64,000 nt of DNA from Spirochaetota bacterium (GCA_043803405.1 JAZDKB010000004.1:32001-96000), one strand, 5' to 3'; shown: positions 20,954 to 32,482, counted from the stretch's first letter. Numbers and translations: made by a program. Notes: generated by a model from the letters alone, not told the origin.

Positions 20954-22291
20954 ATGCTTAATTTTTTACTTACACCTGAACAGGAAAAACTTAGAGAAGA
21001 AGCCCGGCAGTTTGCGATAAATGTAGTATTGCCTGTAGCTTCTTATTATGATGAAATAGATGAAATTCCCATGCCTGTAATTAAAAAAGCAATTGAAGCA
21101 GGAATTATGAACGCGGATATTCCGAAAGAATACGGCGGGAAAGGTTACGGGCTTATTGAAGCTGCAATTATGACTGAGGAAATTGCAGCTGCTTGTCCCG
21201 GGATTGCAACATCGATTTTTGACAATTCGCTTGGCATGGAGCCGGTTTTGCTGTGCGGAAACGAACAGGCAAAGAAAAAGTATCTCCCAAAAATTTCAAA
21301 AGAGGGTAAGATGATTTGCTTTGCAACATCCGAACCGACCATGGGGTCCGATGTAGCAGGTATAAGATGCAACGCGAAACAGGACGGGGATGATTTTATA
21401 ATTAACGGCACAAAATACTGGATCACGAACGGCGGCATTGCGGATTACATGAGCGTGTTCGCAACCGTTGATCCTAAAGCCGGACATAGCGGCATTTGCG
21501 CGTTCCTTATAGAGAGAGACCAGGAAGGCGTTTCAGTAGGCAAAGCAATACCCAAGATGGGGCAGAGATGCTCCAACACTGTGGGGCTGAATTTTAGAAA
21601 TGTTAGAGTGCACAAAGAAAACATACTGGCGCTCCCCGGGCAGGGTTTTGTTCTGGCAATGAAGACGTTCTCAAGAACAAGGCCGATCATAGGCGCATTC
21701 GCAGTCGGAGCTGCAAGGGCTGCAATGGAATACGCTATCGAATACACTAAGAAAAGAAAAGCATTCGGCATGCCTTTAATGGGACATGAAGCGATCCAGT
21801 TTAAGCTCGCTGAGATGTATCAGAAGATTGAGACATCCAGGCTTATAAGCTGGAAAGCGGCGTGGGAAGCGGATAATAATATCGATCCCACGATCAACGC
21901 ATCTATAGCAAAGTTTTATGCAAGTGAATGCGCGCTTGAAGTCATTAATGAAGCAATGCAGATCTTCGGCGGATACGGGTACACGAAGATGTTCCCTGTG
22001 GAAAAGCTGCTGCGCGATGTGCGGCTTCTCAGGATATATGAAGGCACCAGCGAGGTTCAGCGTTTAATAGTGGCGGAGTATCTGCTGTCGAAATACAAAC
22101 CGGCAATGCCTTCCCTGGAAAATTTTCCTATGCACAGGACAATGGATCCCTTGTCCGACGGATTCGGCCAAGGAAGCAAAACAGCATGGAGATGCACTAT
22201 GTGCGGGCACGTACATTACGGCGATGAAGCGCCGGATCACTGTCCGTATTGCTTTTTCCCTGCAGGCGCCTTTAAAAAAGTCGGCGGATAA
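20954..22291 (+). CDS. Acyl-CoA dehydrogenase with C-terminal rubredoxin-like domain
   Basis: FATSEP.MGSD, NGTKYWITNG, IYEGTSEVQR; C-terminal CTMC...CPYC. Confidence 0.92.
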   Translation: MLNFLLTPEQEKLREEARQFAINVVLPVASYYDEIDEIPMPVIKKAIEAGIMNADIPKEYGGKGYGLIEAAIMTEEIAAACPGIATSIFDNSLGMEPVLLCGNEQAKKKYLPKISKEGKMICFATSEPTMGSDVAGIRCNAKQDGDDFIINGTKYWITNGGIADYMSVFATVDPKAGHSGICAFLIERDQEGVSVGKAIPKMGQRCSNTVGLNFRNVRVHKENILALPGQGFVLAMKTFSRTRPIIGAFAVGAARAAMEYAIEYTKKRKAFGMPLMGHEAIQFKLAEMYQKIETSRLISWKAAWEADNNIDPTINASIAKFYASECALEVINEAMQIFGGYGYTKMFPVEKLLRDVRLLRIYEGTSEVQRLIVAEYLLSKYKPAMPSLENFPMHRTMDPLSDGFGQGSKTAWRCTMCGHVHYGDEAPDHCPYCFFPAGAFKKVGG

Positions 22292-22464
22292 GTATTCGCC
22301 GATCGGTTCTATGAAAAGTAAGTCGGAATAACTCTCAATACTCCTGGGGGATTACTTGACAAATAGAATTTACTAATGTAATAATTATTATTATTTCTAT
22401 ACACAACTCTGAGATATATAGATTTTAGGACGTACTTTTCAAAATAACAAGGGGAGAGGAAATT

Positions 22465-22884
22465 ATGAAACTGGCACAGGATTATATAAAAAAAATAGAA
22501 AAGCAACTTGCGGAATTTGGGAAAAAGATTGATGAACTAAACTTAAAAGATAAAGCAGAAGTTAAATCTAAATTAAATGAAAATAAGGATGTGCTGTTTG
22601 CCAGGCTGGATGAATCTTTAAAGAAAGTCAGTCAGAATATTGATTCACATCTAAATGAATGGGAAACAAAAATAGGAAAACTTAAGGGTAAGGGGAAAGA
22701 AGAGGCAAAGAAGGAGTATGAAGATATAATTAAAAATATAGGGCCGAGAGTTGATGAATTCAATTCCAGGCTTCAGGATCTGAAAAAGTCGGGTGGCAGT
22801 GCATGGAATGAACTGAAGACCGGCGGTGTAGCAGCGTGGAAAGTACTGAAGGATTCAATTAAAAAAGCTAAAGACAAATTTTAA
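22465..22884 (+). CDS. Coiled-coil hypothetical protein (Sll1863-like stress family)
   Basis: LKKSGGSAWNELKTG..AAW pattern; GGAGAGG RBS; TTGACA upstream. Confidence 0.6.
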   Translation: MKLAQDYIKKIEKQLAEFGKKIDELNLKDKAEVKSKLNENKDVLFARLDESLKKVSQNIDSHLNEWETKIGKLKGKGKEEAKKEYEDIIKNIGPRVDEFNSRLQDLKKSGGSAWNELKTGGVAAWKVLKDSIKKAKDKF

Positions 22885-23042
22885 AAATTATTAATATTGT
22901 TATCAGGAAAACTGGCATCCCTGACTGTCAAATTTATCCGATATGTAGAAGTTCTCCGAAATTACATTGGGCTTCTTTCTTAAAGGAATTCGATATTTTC
23001 TGTAAGAATTAGTCTATTAAATATTAGCTTTAAGTTTTTGTA

Positions 23043-24803
23043 TCAGAAAAGTCCTGTTATCTTTCCTGTGTTTACATCCACGTCAATTTTTCTGAAAGCA
23101 GGATCTGAGCTTGTTCCGGGCATCAGGCTTATGTTGCCTGTTACAGGGCACAAAAATTTTGCTCCGTCATAAACCAGTATGTCCCTCACAGGCAGTATCC
23201 ATCCTTTGGGAACCCCTTTTATTTCAGGTTCATGCGATAAACTCAAATGCGTTTTTACCATCATTGTATAATAATCTTTTTTAGCAGGGTCTGCTTCAAG
23301 CTTTTTAAGCTTAGCTTCAGCCTCAGGTATCCATAGAACGCCTTCAGCTCCGTATATTTTTTTTGCTATAAGTTCAACCCTTTCCTTTAGAGGCATATCC
23401 ATCGGATAAAGGAATTTAAAGTCTGTTTTTTCATTGCATGCATCTATTACTGCATCTGCAAGCTCCAGTGCGCCTTCTCCGCCCTTAAGCCAGTGCTCGG
23501 AAAACGCGACGCGCGCTCCTGCTCTTTCCGCTTCCCTGCGCACCATAGCGATCTCTTCTTTAGTGTCAGTAGCAAAAGCATTTATACATACAACCGGCTT
23601 CATGCCGGAAAGCTTAACAATGTTAATATGATGAAGCAGGTTCGGTATACCTTTTTCCAGCAGTCCCAGGTTCTCTTTTTTATATTCATCCGGAAGATGC
23701 AGACCCGGAGCTACCCTTGGCCCGCCGCCGTGCATCTTGAGCGCCCTGATCGTTGTTGTGATGACTGCCACGTGCGGATTTTTGCCGCTTATCCTGCACT
23801 TTACGTTCCAGAATTTTTCGAACCCGATATCCGCGGCAAACCCGCTCTCTGTAACATGATAGTCAAAAAGCTTGAGCCCCAGCCTGTCGGCAATTATGGA
23901 CGACTGTCCAATGGCGATATTGGCAAACGGCCCTGCGTGTATCATTACAGGCTGTCCCTCAACAGTCTGAAGCAGGGTCGGATTTATGCTGCTCCTCATA
24001 AAGGCGCACATCGCTCCTGCCACTTCAAGATCTTCGGTTGTAATGCGCTGCCCGTATTTTGAATACGCTACAGTCATGTTGCCTATCCTGTCGCGCATGT
24101 CCTTTAGATCTTTTGCGATTGATAGTATCGCCATTATCTCGGAGCTTACGGCAATGTCAAAACGGGATTCTACCATGTACCCGTCCATTTTGCCGCCAAG
24201 TCCTATTATGATATTACGCAGACTCTGTGCGCAGAAATCCATTACCCATCCTATCTTAATGTTCTTCGGATCAATATCGAGCCGCCTTAAATAGCGTTTC
24301 GCAAGCTCGTCATCCCCGTAATTTCTTTCATGCTGCATTCTCGCGGTAAGGGCGACCATTGCCAGGTTGTGCGCGTTCATAACAGCGTTAATGTCGCCGG
24401 TAAGCCCAAGCGAGAATTCGCTTAGCGGAATTACCTGCGCGTTTCCTCCGCCGGACGCGCTGCCCTTTACATTCATAGTTGGCCCCGTAGACGGCTGCCT
24501 GATAGCACCCCCTACATTTTTCCCTCTCTTTCCAAGCCCTTCAATTAAACCGATAGTTGTTGTTGTCTTGCCTTCGCCCAAAGGAGTCGGAGTAATTGCC
24601 GTAATATCTATATAGTTACCGTCTTCGTTACCGCTTACTTTTTCCAGAGCCCTGGCGAAGTCGATTCTTCCAAGCCTGCCAGAGGGAAGCATGTCCTCTT
24701 TGTCGAGCCCAAGTTCCTCCTGAAGCTGCCACAGGGACTTCATTTTTTCTTCGGCAAATTCGGATATCTGCCAGTCCGTTATTTTCGTTGGATCGTAATA
24801 CAT
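23043..24803 (-). CDS. fhs: Formate--tetrahydrofolate ligase
   Basis: [42 protein letters not shown]. Confidence 0.96.
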   Translation of the reverse strand: MYYDPTKITDWQISEFAEEKMKSLWQLQEELGLDKEDMLPSGRLGRIDFARALEKVSGNEDGNYIDITAITPTPLGEGKTTTTIGLIEGLGKRGKNVGGAIRQPSTGPTMNVKGSASGGGNAQVIPLSEFSLGLTGDINAVMNAHNLAMVALTARMQHERNYGDDELAKRYLRRLDIDPKNIKIGWVMDFCAQSLRNIIIGLGGKMDGYMVESRFDIAVSSEIMAILSIAKDLKDMRDRIGNMTVAYSKYGQRITTEDLEVAGAMCAFMRSSINPTLLQTVEGQPVMIHAGPFANIAIGQSSIIADRLGLKLFDYHVTESGFAADIGFEKFWNVKCRISGKNPHVAVITTTIRALKMHGGGPRVAPGLHLPDEYKKENLGLLEKGIPNLLHHINIVKLSGMKPVVCINAFATDTKEEIAMVRREAERAGARVAFSEHWLKGGEGALELADAVIDACNEKTDFKFLYPMDMPLKERVELIAKKIYGAEGVLWIPEAEAKLKKLEADPAKKDYYTMMVKTHLSLSHEPEIKGVPKGWILPVRDILVYDGAKFLCPVTGNISLMPGTSSDPAFRKIDVDVNTGKITGLF

Positions 24804-25283
24804 AAATACTCCTTAGTTCAGACAAAACACTGACATTGTAAGAGATTTGATAAACATCTTCGTATGTAATAGTACATTTGTAAAAAGTTCAGTTAAGTAT
24901 TAATATTTAAAATGTCGGTAAAATAATGGATAAAATGATACAGACATTTAGTCCCGTCATCTTTTTTTTATTTTGATTGTAAAATATTCGCGCCTGTATT
25001 GAATTAAAAAGCTGATGTGTTCAGGACAAACAAATCGAATATCCTGCCGAAACCGTTTTTAATAGTTTTATACATGATTATATAAGTCACTTGACTAAAC
25101 TAAATAATTGTAAAAAAAATGCTGTAAAATAAAAGGATGATTAATTATACCAGATATTTATTAATTATTTGCAGTTATTAAAATAACGATTTATAATATG
25201 CTTGCCGCATTTTTCGGAAATTATAATATCGTAAAACCGTTTTCGCAGCAAATCGGATTATTATATTTATAAAAGAGCGGGCT

Positions 25284-25667
25284 ATGATAGAATTGAATTT
25301 CAGGAAAATGAACGGGCTGGTCCCTGCAATTGCACAGGATGAAAAAACAGGCGAAGTCCTCATGATGGCCTATATGAATAAGGAATCATGGGAGCTTACA
25401 ATAGAAACAGGCATTGTGCATTACTGGAGCAGATCAAGAAACGAACTATGGAAAAAAGGAGAAACATCCGGCAACATACAGAAGGTAAAGGAAATCAGAG
25501 TCGATTGCGACGACGATACAGTCCTTCTGAAAGTTGAGCAGGTAGGAGGAGCCGCCTGCCACACCGGATACAGGAGCTGTTTTTACAGGGTCGTTAATAA
25601 CGGCGGGCTTAAAATTGACGGAGAAAAGATTTTTGACCCGGATAAAGTCTACGGAGACCATAAATGA
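25284..25667 (+). CDS. hisI: Phosphoribosyl-AMP cyclohydrolase
   Basis: YWSRSR..LW.KGETSG, DCDDD, ACHTG..SCF. Confidence 0.96.
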   Translation: MIELNFRKMNGLVPAIAQDEKTGEVLMMAYMNKESWELTIETGIVHYWSRSRNELWKKGETSGNIQKVKEIRVDCDDDTVLLKVEQVGGAACHTGYRSCFYRVVNNGGLKIDGEKIFDPDKVYGDHK

Positions 25668-26545
25668 AAGAGAAACTCAAGCTTGGAATTCCAAAGGGAA
25701 GCCTGGAAAAGCCTACTATAGAATTATTTAAAAATGCAGGATGGCGGATTTCCGTGTCATCTAGAAATTATTATCCTTCAATAGACGATGATGAAATATC
25801 GTGCTCGCTTATCAGGGCGCAGGAAATGGCCAGGTACATTGAAAGCGGCGTGCTCGACGTTGGCCTTACAGGGCTTGACTGGATTCTTGAGAATGAATCC
25901 GATGTCGAGTATATATGCGACCTCATCTATTCAAAGGTTAGTACAGAGAAAGCGAAATGGGTGCTGGCCGTTCCCGAAAGATCGGACATCCGGTCTATTG
26001 AGGACTGCGCAGGGAAAGTCATTTCAACCGAACTTGTAAATTTTACAAAACGCTATTTTAAAGAACGGAATATTCCTGTTGATGTGGAATTTTCATGGGG
26101 AGCCACGGAAGCAAAAGTAGTCGAAGGCCTGGTGGACGCAATAGTCGAAGTAACCGAGACAGGCTCTACCATAAAGGCGCACGGCTTAAAGATAATTCAT
26201 ACTTTTCTTGAAACAAATACCAAGCTGATCGCAAACCGCAAAAGTCTTGCGGACCCGGATAAAAAAAGGAAAATTCAGCAAATATCGCTTCTACTTAAAG
26301 GCGCCCTGAACGCGGATACTCTTGTAGGATTAAAAATGAATGTCCCGAAAGACAGCATTGGGTCTATCGTAAAGATATTGCCCAGCATTACAGCGCCTAC
26401 TGTATCGGAGTTATACAATGCAAAATGGTTCTCCGTAGAAACAGTTATAAGCGAAAAACTGGTCAGGGAACTAATCCCGCTTTTAATAAATGAAGGAGCT
26501 GACGGTATAATAGAATACCCGCTTAACAAGGTCGTTAATAAATAA
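25664..26545 (+). CDS. hisG: ATP phosphoribosyltransferase (long form)
   Basis: GIPKGSL, FSWGATE, TETGST, C-terminal regulatory domain. Confidence 0.95.
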   Translation: MKEKLKLGIPKGSLEKPTIELFKNAGWRISVSSRNYYPSIDDDEISCSLIRAQEMARYIESGVLDVGLTGLDWILENESDVEYICDLIYSKVSTEKAKWVLAVPERSDIRSIEDCAGKVISTELVNFTKRYFKERNIPVDVEFSWGATEAKVVEGLVDAIVEVTETGSTIKAHGLKIIHTFLETNTKLIANRKSLADPDKKRKIQQISLLLKGALNADTLVGLKMNVPKDSIGSIVKILPSITAPTVSELYNAKWFSVETVISEKLVRELIPLLINEGADGIIEYPLNKVVNK

Positions 26546-26569
26546 TATTATATTATTAAGGAACAACTT

Positions 26570-28195
26570 TTGAGCTACCAAACAGTACCCGACAAACAAC
26601 AAAAAATTCTTCTGGTTGACGATGAGCCCCTTGTAAGGAACACGCTGTCGAAATACCTGGAAAGGATGGGTTATTTAATCGATACTGCGGAAGACGGGGG
26701 AGTTGCCATTGTTAAACTTGGAACAAGTGTCTTTGATCTTGTATTAACCGATCTTAAAATGCCCAATGTCGACGGGCGCGAACTTTTGCAGTATATGGCT
26801 GAAAAATTCCCGGATACTCCTAAAATCGTTTTAACCGGATTCGGAGAGGAAAAAGATATAATCATTGCTCTTAAAGCAGGCGCGAACGACTTTCTGTTCA
26901 AACCTATCGGCGATTTCGGTATTCTTAATCACTCGGTGCAAAAGGCGCTTGAAATAAAAAAGCTGCATGATGAAAAGGACAGATATTTTGAACAGGTAAA
27001 ACAGATTAATGAAATAATTTCTCTGCTCAATAAAGGCAAAACCGTTGAAGAAATATTTCGTTATTTAAGTGTATCATTAAGAAGAGTTATACCTTTTAAC
27101 AAAATATCGCTTGTACAGATCGATAAAATAAACAGTACAATTGTTACAAAGCTGACAAATTTAGACGGGGAAAAAGTTAAGCATGAAGGGCCTGTCATTC
27201 CGGTAAATATACAAAGGCTGGAAAAGGATACTGTATTCAGGAACAAGCTGATAATTAATAATTTAAACGAATATGTTTTTGCGGATGAAGAATTAGAACG
27301 CACGTTTTCAGGTTTAATTAAGTTACTGAAAGAGGAAAAGATTGAGTCGATGCTGGTTCTTCCGTTGATTGTTAATGATGAGATCAAAGGCTTTTTAAAT
27401 TTATTTTCTAAGATACCCGGTTTTTTCCGGAATGAGCATGTGACATTAATGGAATCCATGGCAGGGCATATCGCCCTTAGTATACAAAGGGCAGGGCTTC
27501 TCGACGATCTGGAAATTCATACAAAAAAACTTGAGCATCTTGTGGAACTTCGCACGAACGAGATACTGAAAACGCAGAGAACAACGCTATTTGCGCTCAG
27601 TAAACTGGCAGAAGTCAGGGACCGCGAAACAGGGGAACATCTGGAAAGAATCAGACGATACTCCATATTGACGGCTCAGATCTATAAATATACGAATAAT
27701 AAGTACAATATAACCAATATCTTCTTAAGAGACCTTTACGATTCTTCTATATTGCATGATATCGGGAAAGTCGGTATACCTGACGCTATTCTCAGGAAAG
27801 ACGGTCCATTGACTCGCGAGGAGTTTGAGGTTATAAAAACTCATATATATGTCGGGTACAATGCTTTAAAGACAGCTTCTAAAGAACTTGGGGAAAACTC
27901 TTTCCTTAAAATGGCTATGGATATTATTCTTTACCATCATGAGCGCTGGGACGGTACAGGATATCCCGAAGGATTAAAGGGTGAGGAAATACCTCTTGCA
28001 GCCCGAATAGTTACCATAAGTGATATATACGACGCTCTTGTTTCCAAAAGACCTTACAAAGATGCACTTTCACATGAAGCCGCAATGGAAATCATGAAGG
28101 CGCAGGAGTCTTTTTTTGATCCTGATCTTTTTAAAATTTTTATTGAAAATGCTTTGGAATATGATTTAATCAGAAAACACTTTATAGATAGATAG
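26570..28195 (+). CDS. Response regulator with REC-GAF-HD-GYP domains (c-di-GMP phosphodiesterase)
   Basis: LLVDDE..DLKMP receiver; central GAF-like segment; HDIGK and HHERWDGTGYP; TTG start. Confidence 0.9.
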   Translation: MSYQTVPDKQQKILLVDDEPLVRNTLSKYLERMGYLIDTAEDGGVAIVKLGTSVFDLVLTDLKMPNVDGRELLQYMAEKFPDTPKIVLTGFGEEKDIIIALKAGANDFLFKPIGDFGILNHSVQKALEIKKLHDEKDRYFEQVKQINEIISLLNKGKTVEEIFRYLSVSLRRVIPFNKISLVQIDKINSTIVTKLTNLDGEKVKHEGPVIPVNIQRLEKDTVFRNKLIINNLNEYVFADEELERTFSGLIKLLKEEKIESMLVLPLIVNDEIKGFLNLFSKIPGFFRNEHVTLMESMAGHIALSIQRAGLLDDLEIHTKKLEHLVELRTNEILKTQRTTLFALSKLAEVRDRETGEHLERIRRYSILTAQIYKYTNNKYNITNIFLRDLYDSSILHDIGKVGIPDAILRKDGPLTREEFEVIKTHIYVGYNALKTASKELGENSFLKMAMDIILYHHERWDGTGYPEGLKGEEIPLAARIVTISDIYDALVSKRPYKDALSHEAAMEIMKAQESFFDPDLFKIFIENALEYDLIRKHFIDR

Positions 28196-28214
28196 AAGAA
28201 GAGGATTTGTAACA

Positions 28215-29117
28215 ATGTTAAGACAGAATGTGAGTTTCAGGTTCGGAGGCCCGATTACTGAAGCTGTAAAGAAATTAATGATAATAAATGCGGGAATATT
28301 TTTAATTCAGAAAATTTTATATCTTGTTTACCCGGGTATTTTTGAGCACATTTTCGGCCTTAACCACATTGGCCTGTTTTATGAGTTTAAAATCTGGCAG
28401 CCTTTTACATACATGTTTCTTCATGGAAGCATTTTGCATATATTTTTTAATCTGCTTACGCTATGGATGTTCGGAGGCGAACTGGAGCAGAGATGGGGTA
28501 AAAAGTTATTTATTCAGTATTATTTTTTTTCCGGCATAGGCGCAGGATTTTTTATTTCCATAATGAATTTTATTATTTTTGCAAATTACGGATATTCTCC
28601 GGTCACAATCGGGGCTTCAGGGGCTATTTACGGAATTCTTCTGGCTTACGGGATGACCTGGCCGAACAGGGAAGTGCTTCTTTATTTTGTAATACCGATA
28701 AAAATTAAATATCTGGTTATAGGTTTCGGATTGATCGAGTTTCTGGGCACAATAACAAGCGCAACCGGTTCCGGCGGGACTATCAGCCATATCGGTCATT
28801 TAGGCGGATTAATTTCAGGATTCCTTTTTTTGCTTTTCAGAAGAAAAAAATCCGTTAAAACGGACAAAAATCCTTCTGCGCAGAGTAGTGCGTCAACACC
28901 CGGTTCAAACGGAAAAATCTATCAGTTTTTAAGCCAGGATAAATTAAAACGCAAACAGGAAGAAACAGACAGCAGAATAAAAGCAAAAAAAATTATAGAC
29001 TCGCTTCTTGAAAAGATTGCAAGAGAAGGCATGAGCGCTCTCTCTCATAAAGAGAAAAGCGAACTGGAATGGGCAAGGAAGCATTATTATCCCAACGAAG
29101 AGGATATACTGCATTAA
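28215..29117 (+). CDS. Rhomboid family intramembrane serine protease
   Basis: TYMFLHG..HIFFN, GASG, HIGHLGG; C-terminal IDSLLEKI tail. Confidence 0.92.
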   Translation: MLRQNVSFRFGGPITEAVKKLMIINAGIFLIQKILYLVYPGIFEHIFGLNHIGLFYEFKIWQPFTYMFLHGSILHIFFNLLTLWMFGGELEQRWGKKLFIQYYFFSGIGAGFFISIMNFIIFANYGYSPVTIGASGAIYGILLAYGMTWPNREVLLYFVIPIKIKYLVIGFGLIEFLGTITSATGSGGTISHIGHLGGLISGFLFLLFRRKKSVKTDKNPSAQSSASTPGSNGKIYQFLSQDKLKRKQEETDSRIKAKKIIDSLLEKIAREGMSALSHKEKSELEWARKHYYPNEEDILH

Positions 29118-29234
29118 AATATATATAAATTAATAAACACAAGCTTCCCTGTAATCTCATAAAACTGCAAATTGTTTTAAAAGTTTAGGTGTTGAAATAA
29201 AAATAATTTTTCCTTTTATTATGGAGGTTTTTAA

Positions 29235-29579
29235 ATGAAAAAGTTGATCCCATTTATATTAATCCTGCCTCTTGTCGCATGGTTTTTCGATGACGACGAA
29301 AAGAAAGAAATGGTAGAAAAAAAATGGTTTAAGAACGATAATACTTTTGTAATTATTTGCAAAGGGTGGCCAAAGGAAAGCCTGACCGGCCAGGCGAGAA
29401 TTGATTCGGCCAAGGAAGCTGCATTAATGAACGCACAGTTTACAACAAAAGATTTATTCAGTAAACCGGTTGATGTTGTAAAGTTCGGTACAATTGAAAA
29501 TTATAAAATTTATGATAAATATGTGACAATTCAGTATGTAATAACCTATACTGGTTTACGCAGGTATTATAAAGGATAA
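29235..29579 (+). CDS. Exported hypothetical protein
   Basis: GGAGG RBS, N-terminal hydrophobic signal. Confidence 0.7.
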   Translation: MKKLIPFILILPLVAWFFDDDEKKEMVEKKWFKNDNTFVIICKGWPKESLTGQARIDSAKEAALMNAQFTTKDLFSKPVDVVKFGTIENYKIYDKYVTIQYVITYTGLRRYYKG

Positions 29580-29589
29580 ATATAATTTT

Positions 29590-30051
29590 TTACTTTTCCT
29601 TGTAATAAAGATCTACATCAAACCCGCCGAATCTCGATTCAAAAGATATGTTGATATTTTCGTATAATGTCTTCATGGTTATCGGGTCGCTGTTGAATTC
29701 CGGCGGAGACAGCCGTATGTCTTTTTCCACGAACTGGAGCTGGTTGGCAAACGTGCCGGTTATCATGTTTGCGAGCTCTCCTGCAACGTCCGCATAATGT
29801 TTCTGCAATGATTTGAGGTTAGGTTTTGCATCCGGTATCATTTTTTGTATCAGAAGGTTCAGCGTGCCGGGAGGAATATTAAGAATAATCTCGCCCAGCA
29901 AGGATCCGTCAATTTCAATTGATACCTTTGCGTCTTTTCCGGATGATTGGGATTTATAAACTTCTTTGATTGTATTATCATTAAAAAAGTTTTTAAATAT
30001 ATGATCAACAGATCTTATTATGCAATTGTAATATCTGTCGTAACTGTTCAT
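29590..30051 (-). CDS. cheX: Chemotaxis phosphatase CheX family
   Basis: GELANMITG (ExxN) motif and LSPP. Confidence 0.8.
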   Translation of the reverse strand: MNSYDRYYNCIIRSVDHIFKNFFNDNTIKEVYKSQSSGKDAKVSIEIDGSLLGEIILNIPPGTLNLLIQKMIPDAKPNLKSLQKHYADVAGELANMITGTFANQLQFVEKDIRLSPPEFNSDPITMKTLYENINISFESRFGGFDVDLYYKEK

Positions 30052-30244
30052 GCCTGCCTCATTTTTTCTGAATATATCTTTCAGCAGATTTGATTTTCCG
30101 AATGGCGCAATATCAGGATTTTAATACATTGAATTATGCTGAAAAGATGCTCTTTATTCACGTCATATTAAAAGATGTTTTAGTCAAGTTTTATTTTTTG
30201 AGATATGTCGGGAATAGATATTATGCTTTTAGTGTATTCAGTAT

Positions 30245-31204
30245 CTACCCGGCGGCATCAATTGCCGCTTTCGCCGCTCCGAGAGCGGGAATTTTTTCTT
30301 CATCTTTGACAATTAAATATTTAATATTTTCTTTTAATCCTTTCTGGACTCTTTCCTGTACCATTTTTTTTACAACCGGCAGTATTAATTTACCGGCGCG
30401 TGACAAGCCTCCGCCGAATATAACTGCTTCAGGATTAAAAATTGATATGAGGTTCGATACCCCAATGCCGAGGAATTCCGATATTTCATTAATTTGTCTC
30501 ATGGCAAAGACATCGCCTTTAACCGCTTCTTCAAAAATAATTTTTGCGGATAATTTTTCGTTTTGAATTCTTCTGTTAACAGATGATGCAGCATTGCTCC
30601 GTAATCCCTTCCTGGCAGATTTAACGAGCGCTGTCGCAGAAGCGTACATTTCGAGACATCCCCTGTTCCCGCAATTGCATTTTCTGCCTTTGTAATCTAT
30701 AGTTGTATGCCCGGCTTCCATTGCGCTTCCGGAGCGTCCGGCATAAAGTTTTCCATCTATTACAACTCCGCCGCCTATGCCTGTACCAAGAGTAAGCATG
30801 ATCCAGTTAGAGAAATTTTTTCCGCTTCCTTTCCATTGCTCGCCGATTACGGCAGCAGTCGCGTCGTTCTCAAGAAATGTTTTTATACCAGTTCTTTTTT
30901 CAATTATTCTAACAAGCGGATAATTCTTCCATGCCTGTATATTCGCGCTTGTCAGTATAAGTCCTTTCTCTTTATCAATGGCACCTGCCGCGCCTATGCC
31001 TATAGCTTTTATTTTTGTTTTTAAAACATCTTTAGTGCCGGAATAATTTTTATTGCTAAATGTTTCCGCAATAGAACAAATACCTTTTTCAATATCAAGT
31101 GCATTTTTTTGTGTAGAAATTTTTTTAAAATTTAGAATATTCCCCTCTTTATCCGTAAGAATGCCTTTTATATTAGTGCCGCCTATATCTATACCTATAT
31201 ACAT
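30245..31204 (-). CDS. ROK family sugar kinase (glucokinase-like)
   Basis: GIDIGGT, ENDA, GTGIGGG, EAGH, CNCGNRGCLE. Confidence 0.92.
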   Translation of the reverse strand: MYIGIDIGGTNIKGILTDKEGNILNFKKISTQKNALDIEKGICSIAETFSNKNYSGTKDVLKTKIKAIGIGAAGAIDKEKGLILTSANIQAWKNYPLVRIIEKRTGIKTFLENDATAAVIGEQWKGSGKNFSNWIMLTLGTGIGGGVVIDGKLYAGRSGSAMEAGHTTIDYKGRKCNCGNRGCLEMYASATALVKSARKGLRSNAASSVNRRIQNEKLSAKIIFEEAVKGDVFAMRQINEISEFLGIGVSNLISIFNPEAVIFGGGLSRAGKLILPVVKKMVQERVQKGLKENIKYLIVKDEEKIPALGAAKAAIDAAG

Positions 31205-31310
31205 AAAAAACCTCGTAGAAATATCATTAAATGCCTTAATGATGATAATACAATTAAGTGATGCATAAAATCAAGCAGCTAAAAAAATTTTTGTAAAATA
31301 TGAAAAATTC

Positions 31311-31339
31311 TTGACAATAATTAGATATCTAAGTATTTT
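31311..31339 (+). promoter_or_regulatory. Sigma70-like promoter with MarR operator in the spacer
   Basis: TTGACA-17 bp-TATTTT; palindrome TTAGATATCTAA at 31321-31332. Confidence 0.7.
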
Positions 31340-31345
31340 TCATTT

Positions 31346-31771
31346 GTGAAGATAAAAAACACACTTTCAAATATCAGCAGAATAAAAGAAGCTGCTGATA
31401 ATTTTATTATGCGGGAGCTTGAGAAAAAAGGAATAAAAGGCATTGTTACTTCCCATGGAGGGATTCTGCATCATCTTTATCTGAGTCAAAGTCCTTTGAC
31501 AATGACCGACTTATCCGGTAAAATCAATAAAACACAGCCGACCATCACTGTTTTAATTAATAAGCTTGTAGCTCTAGGGTATGTTAAAAAAGAAAAATCC
31601 CAGAATGACGGACGGATCTTTTATATATCGCTGACAAAGAAAGGAGAAAGTTTCAGAAAAATTTTTTATGAAATATCACAGGAGCTGAATAAAAAAATTC
31701 ATAGCGTTCTTACGGAAACGGAATCTGATACTATTGATGAATTACTGGGAAAAATAGCGAAAAATTTTTAA
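31346..31771 (+). CDS. MarR family transcriptional regulator
   Basis: Winged helix, TITVLINKLVALGYV..DGR..ISLTKKG; GTG start. Confidence 0.9.
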   Translation: MKIKNTLSNISRIKEAADNFIMRELEKKGIKGIVTSHGGILHHLYLSQSPLTMTDLSGKINKTQPTITVLINKLVALGYVKKEKSQNDGRIFYISLTKKGESFRKIFYEISQELNKKIHSVLTETESDTIDELLGKIAKNF

Positions 31772-31786
31772 TTTTTTTTATATTTA

Positions 31787-31804
31787 TACTTAGATATCTA
31801 AGTA
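31787..31804. promoter_or_regulatory. Second MarR operator
   Basis: Perfect 18-bp palindrome TACTTAGATATCTAAGTA sharing its core with 31321-31332. Confidence 0.7.
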
Positions 31805-31848
31805 CTTAGTATTTTGGTTTTATTTCAAGGCCTTGAAACATAATACCT

Positions 31849-31924
31849 TTGCTTTCGCGACGACCTGCATCGCAGGTGGCGGTTGGTATGTTAATAACAG
31901 GGGCAAGCCCCTGGGAATTTTATT
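31849..31924. repeat. REP-like palindromic element related to 817-880
   Basis: ggggc-aa-gcccc-tgggaattttatt plus hairpins acctgc-atc-gcaggt and gctttcgc. Confidence 0.5.
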
Positions 31925-31951
31925 TAAAAATAAATAACAGGAGTGTATTTT

Positions 31952-32356
31952 ATGGAAGAAGTAATTAGATTTTTAAAAGAAAATCCCATAGGATTTTTAG
32001 CGAGTGTGGATAATGGGAAACCGAGAGTGCGTCCTTTTGGATTTATGCTCGAAGAAAACGGGAAGTTGTATTTTTGCACAGGCACGGTAAAGGATGTTTA
32101 TAAACAGCTTAAGAATGTTCCTTCTGTTGAGTTTTCCTGCTTGTCAAAGGATTTCAGCAAATGGCTAAGGGTGAACGGGCAAATTAAATTCAGCGACGAT
32201 GCAAAGATTAAAGAAAAAATAATCAATTCTCAGCCGCTTGTAAAAAGTATTTATAAAACAGCTGATAATCCGGTATTTACGATATTCTTTATCGATAATG
32301 GGAACGCATCCTTATGGGATTTTTCCGGAAATCCGCCTAAAACAATCAAATTGTAA
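31952..32356 (+). CDS. Pyridoxamine 5'-phosphate oxidase-like FMN-binding protein
   Basis: FLASVDNGKPRVRPF, LYFCT..KDVYKQL..P.VEF; AGGAG RBS. Confidence 0.88.
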   Translation: MEEVIRFLKENPIGFLASVDNGKPRVRPFGFMLEENGKLYFCTGTVKDVYKQLKNVPSVEFSCLSKDFSKWLRVNGQIKFSDDAKIKEKIINSQPLVKSIYKTADNPVFTIFFIDNGNASLWDFSGNPPKTIKL

Positions 32357-32448
32357 TGTTGTTTTAAAACAATATTACGAACTTCCCCATTACAGACTGC
32401 TGCAAAAGGTAAATGTCTTGTAATGAATTATCCAGCCAAAACAAAAGG

Positions 32449-32482
32449 AAACAGCCGGTATGTTTGTGCCGGTTGTTTTTTT
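32449..32482 (+). terminator. Intrinsic terminator
   Basis: aaacagccgg-loop-ccggttgttt followed by a T tract. Confidence 0.6.

Noticed and set aside
24804..25283. THF or ZMP/ZTP riboswitch upstream of fhs
   Set aside because: AT-rich; no recognisable consensus or stable stems
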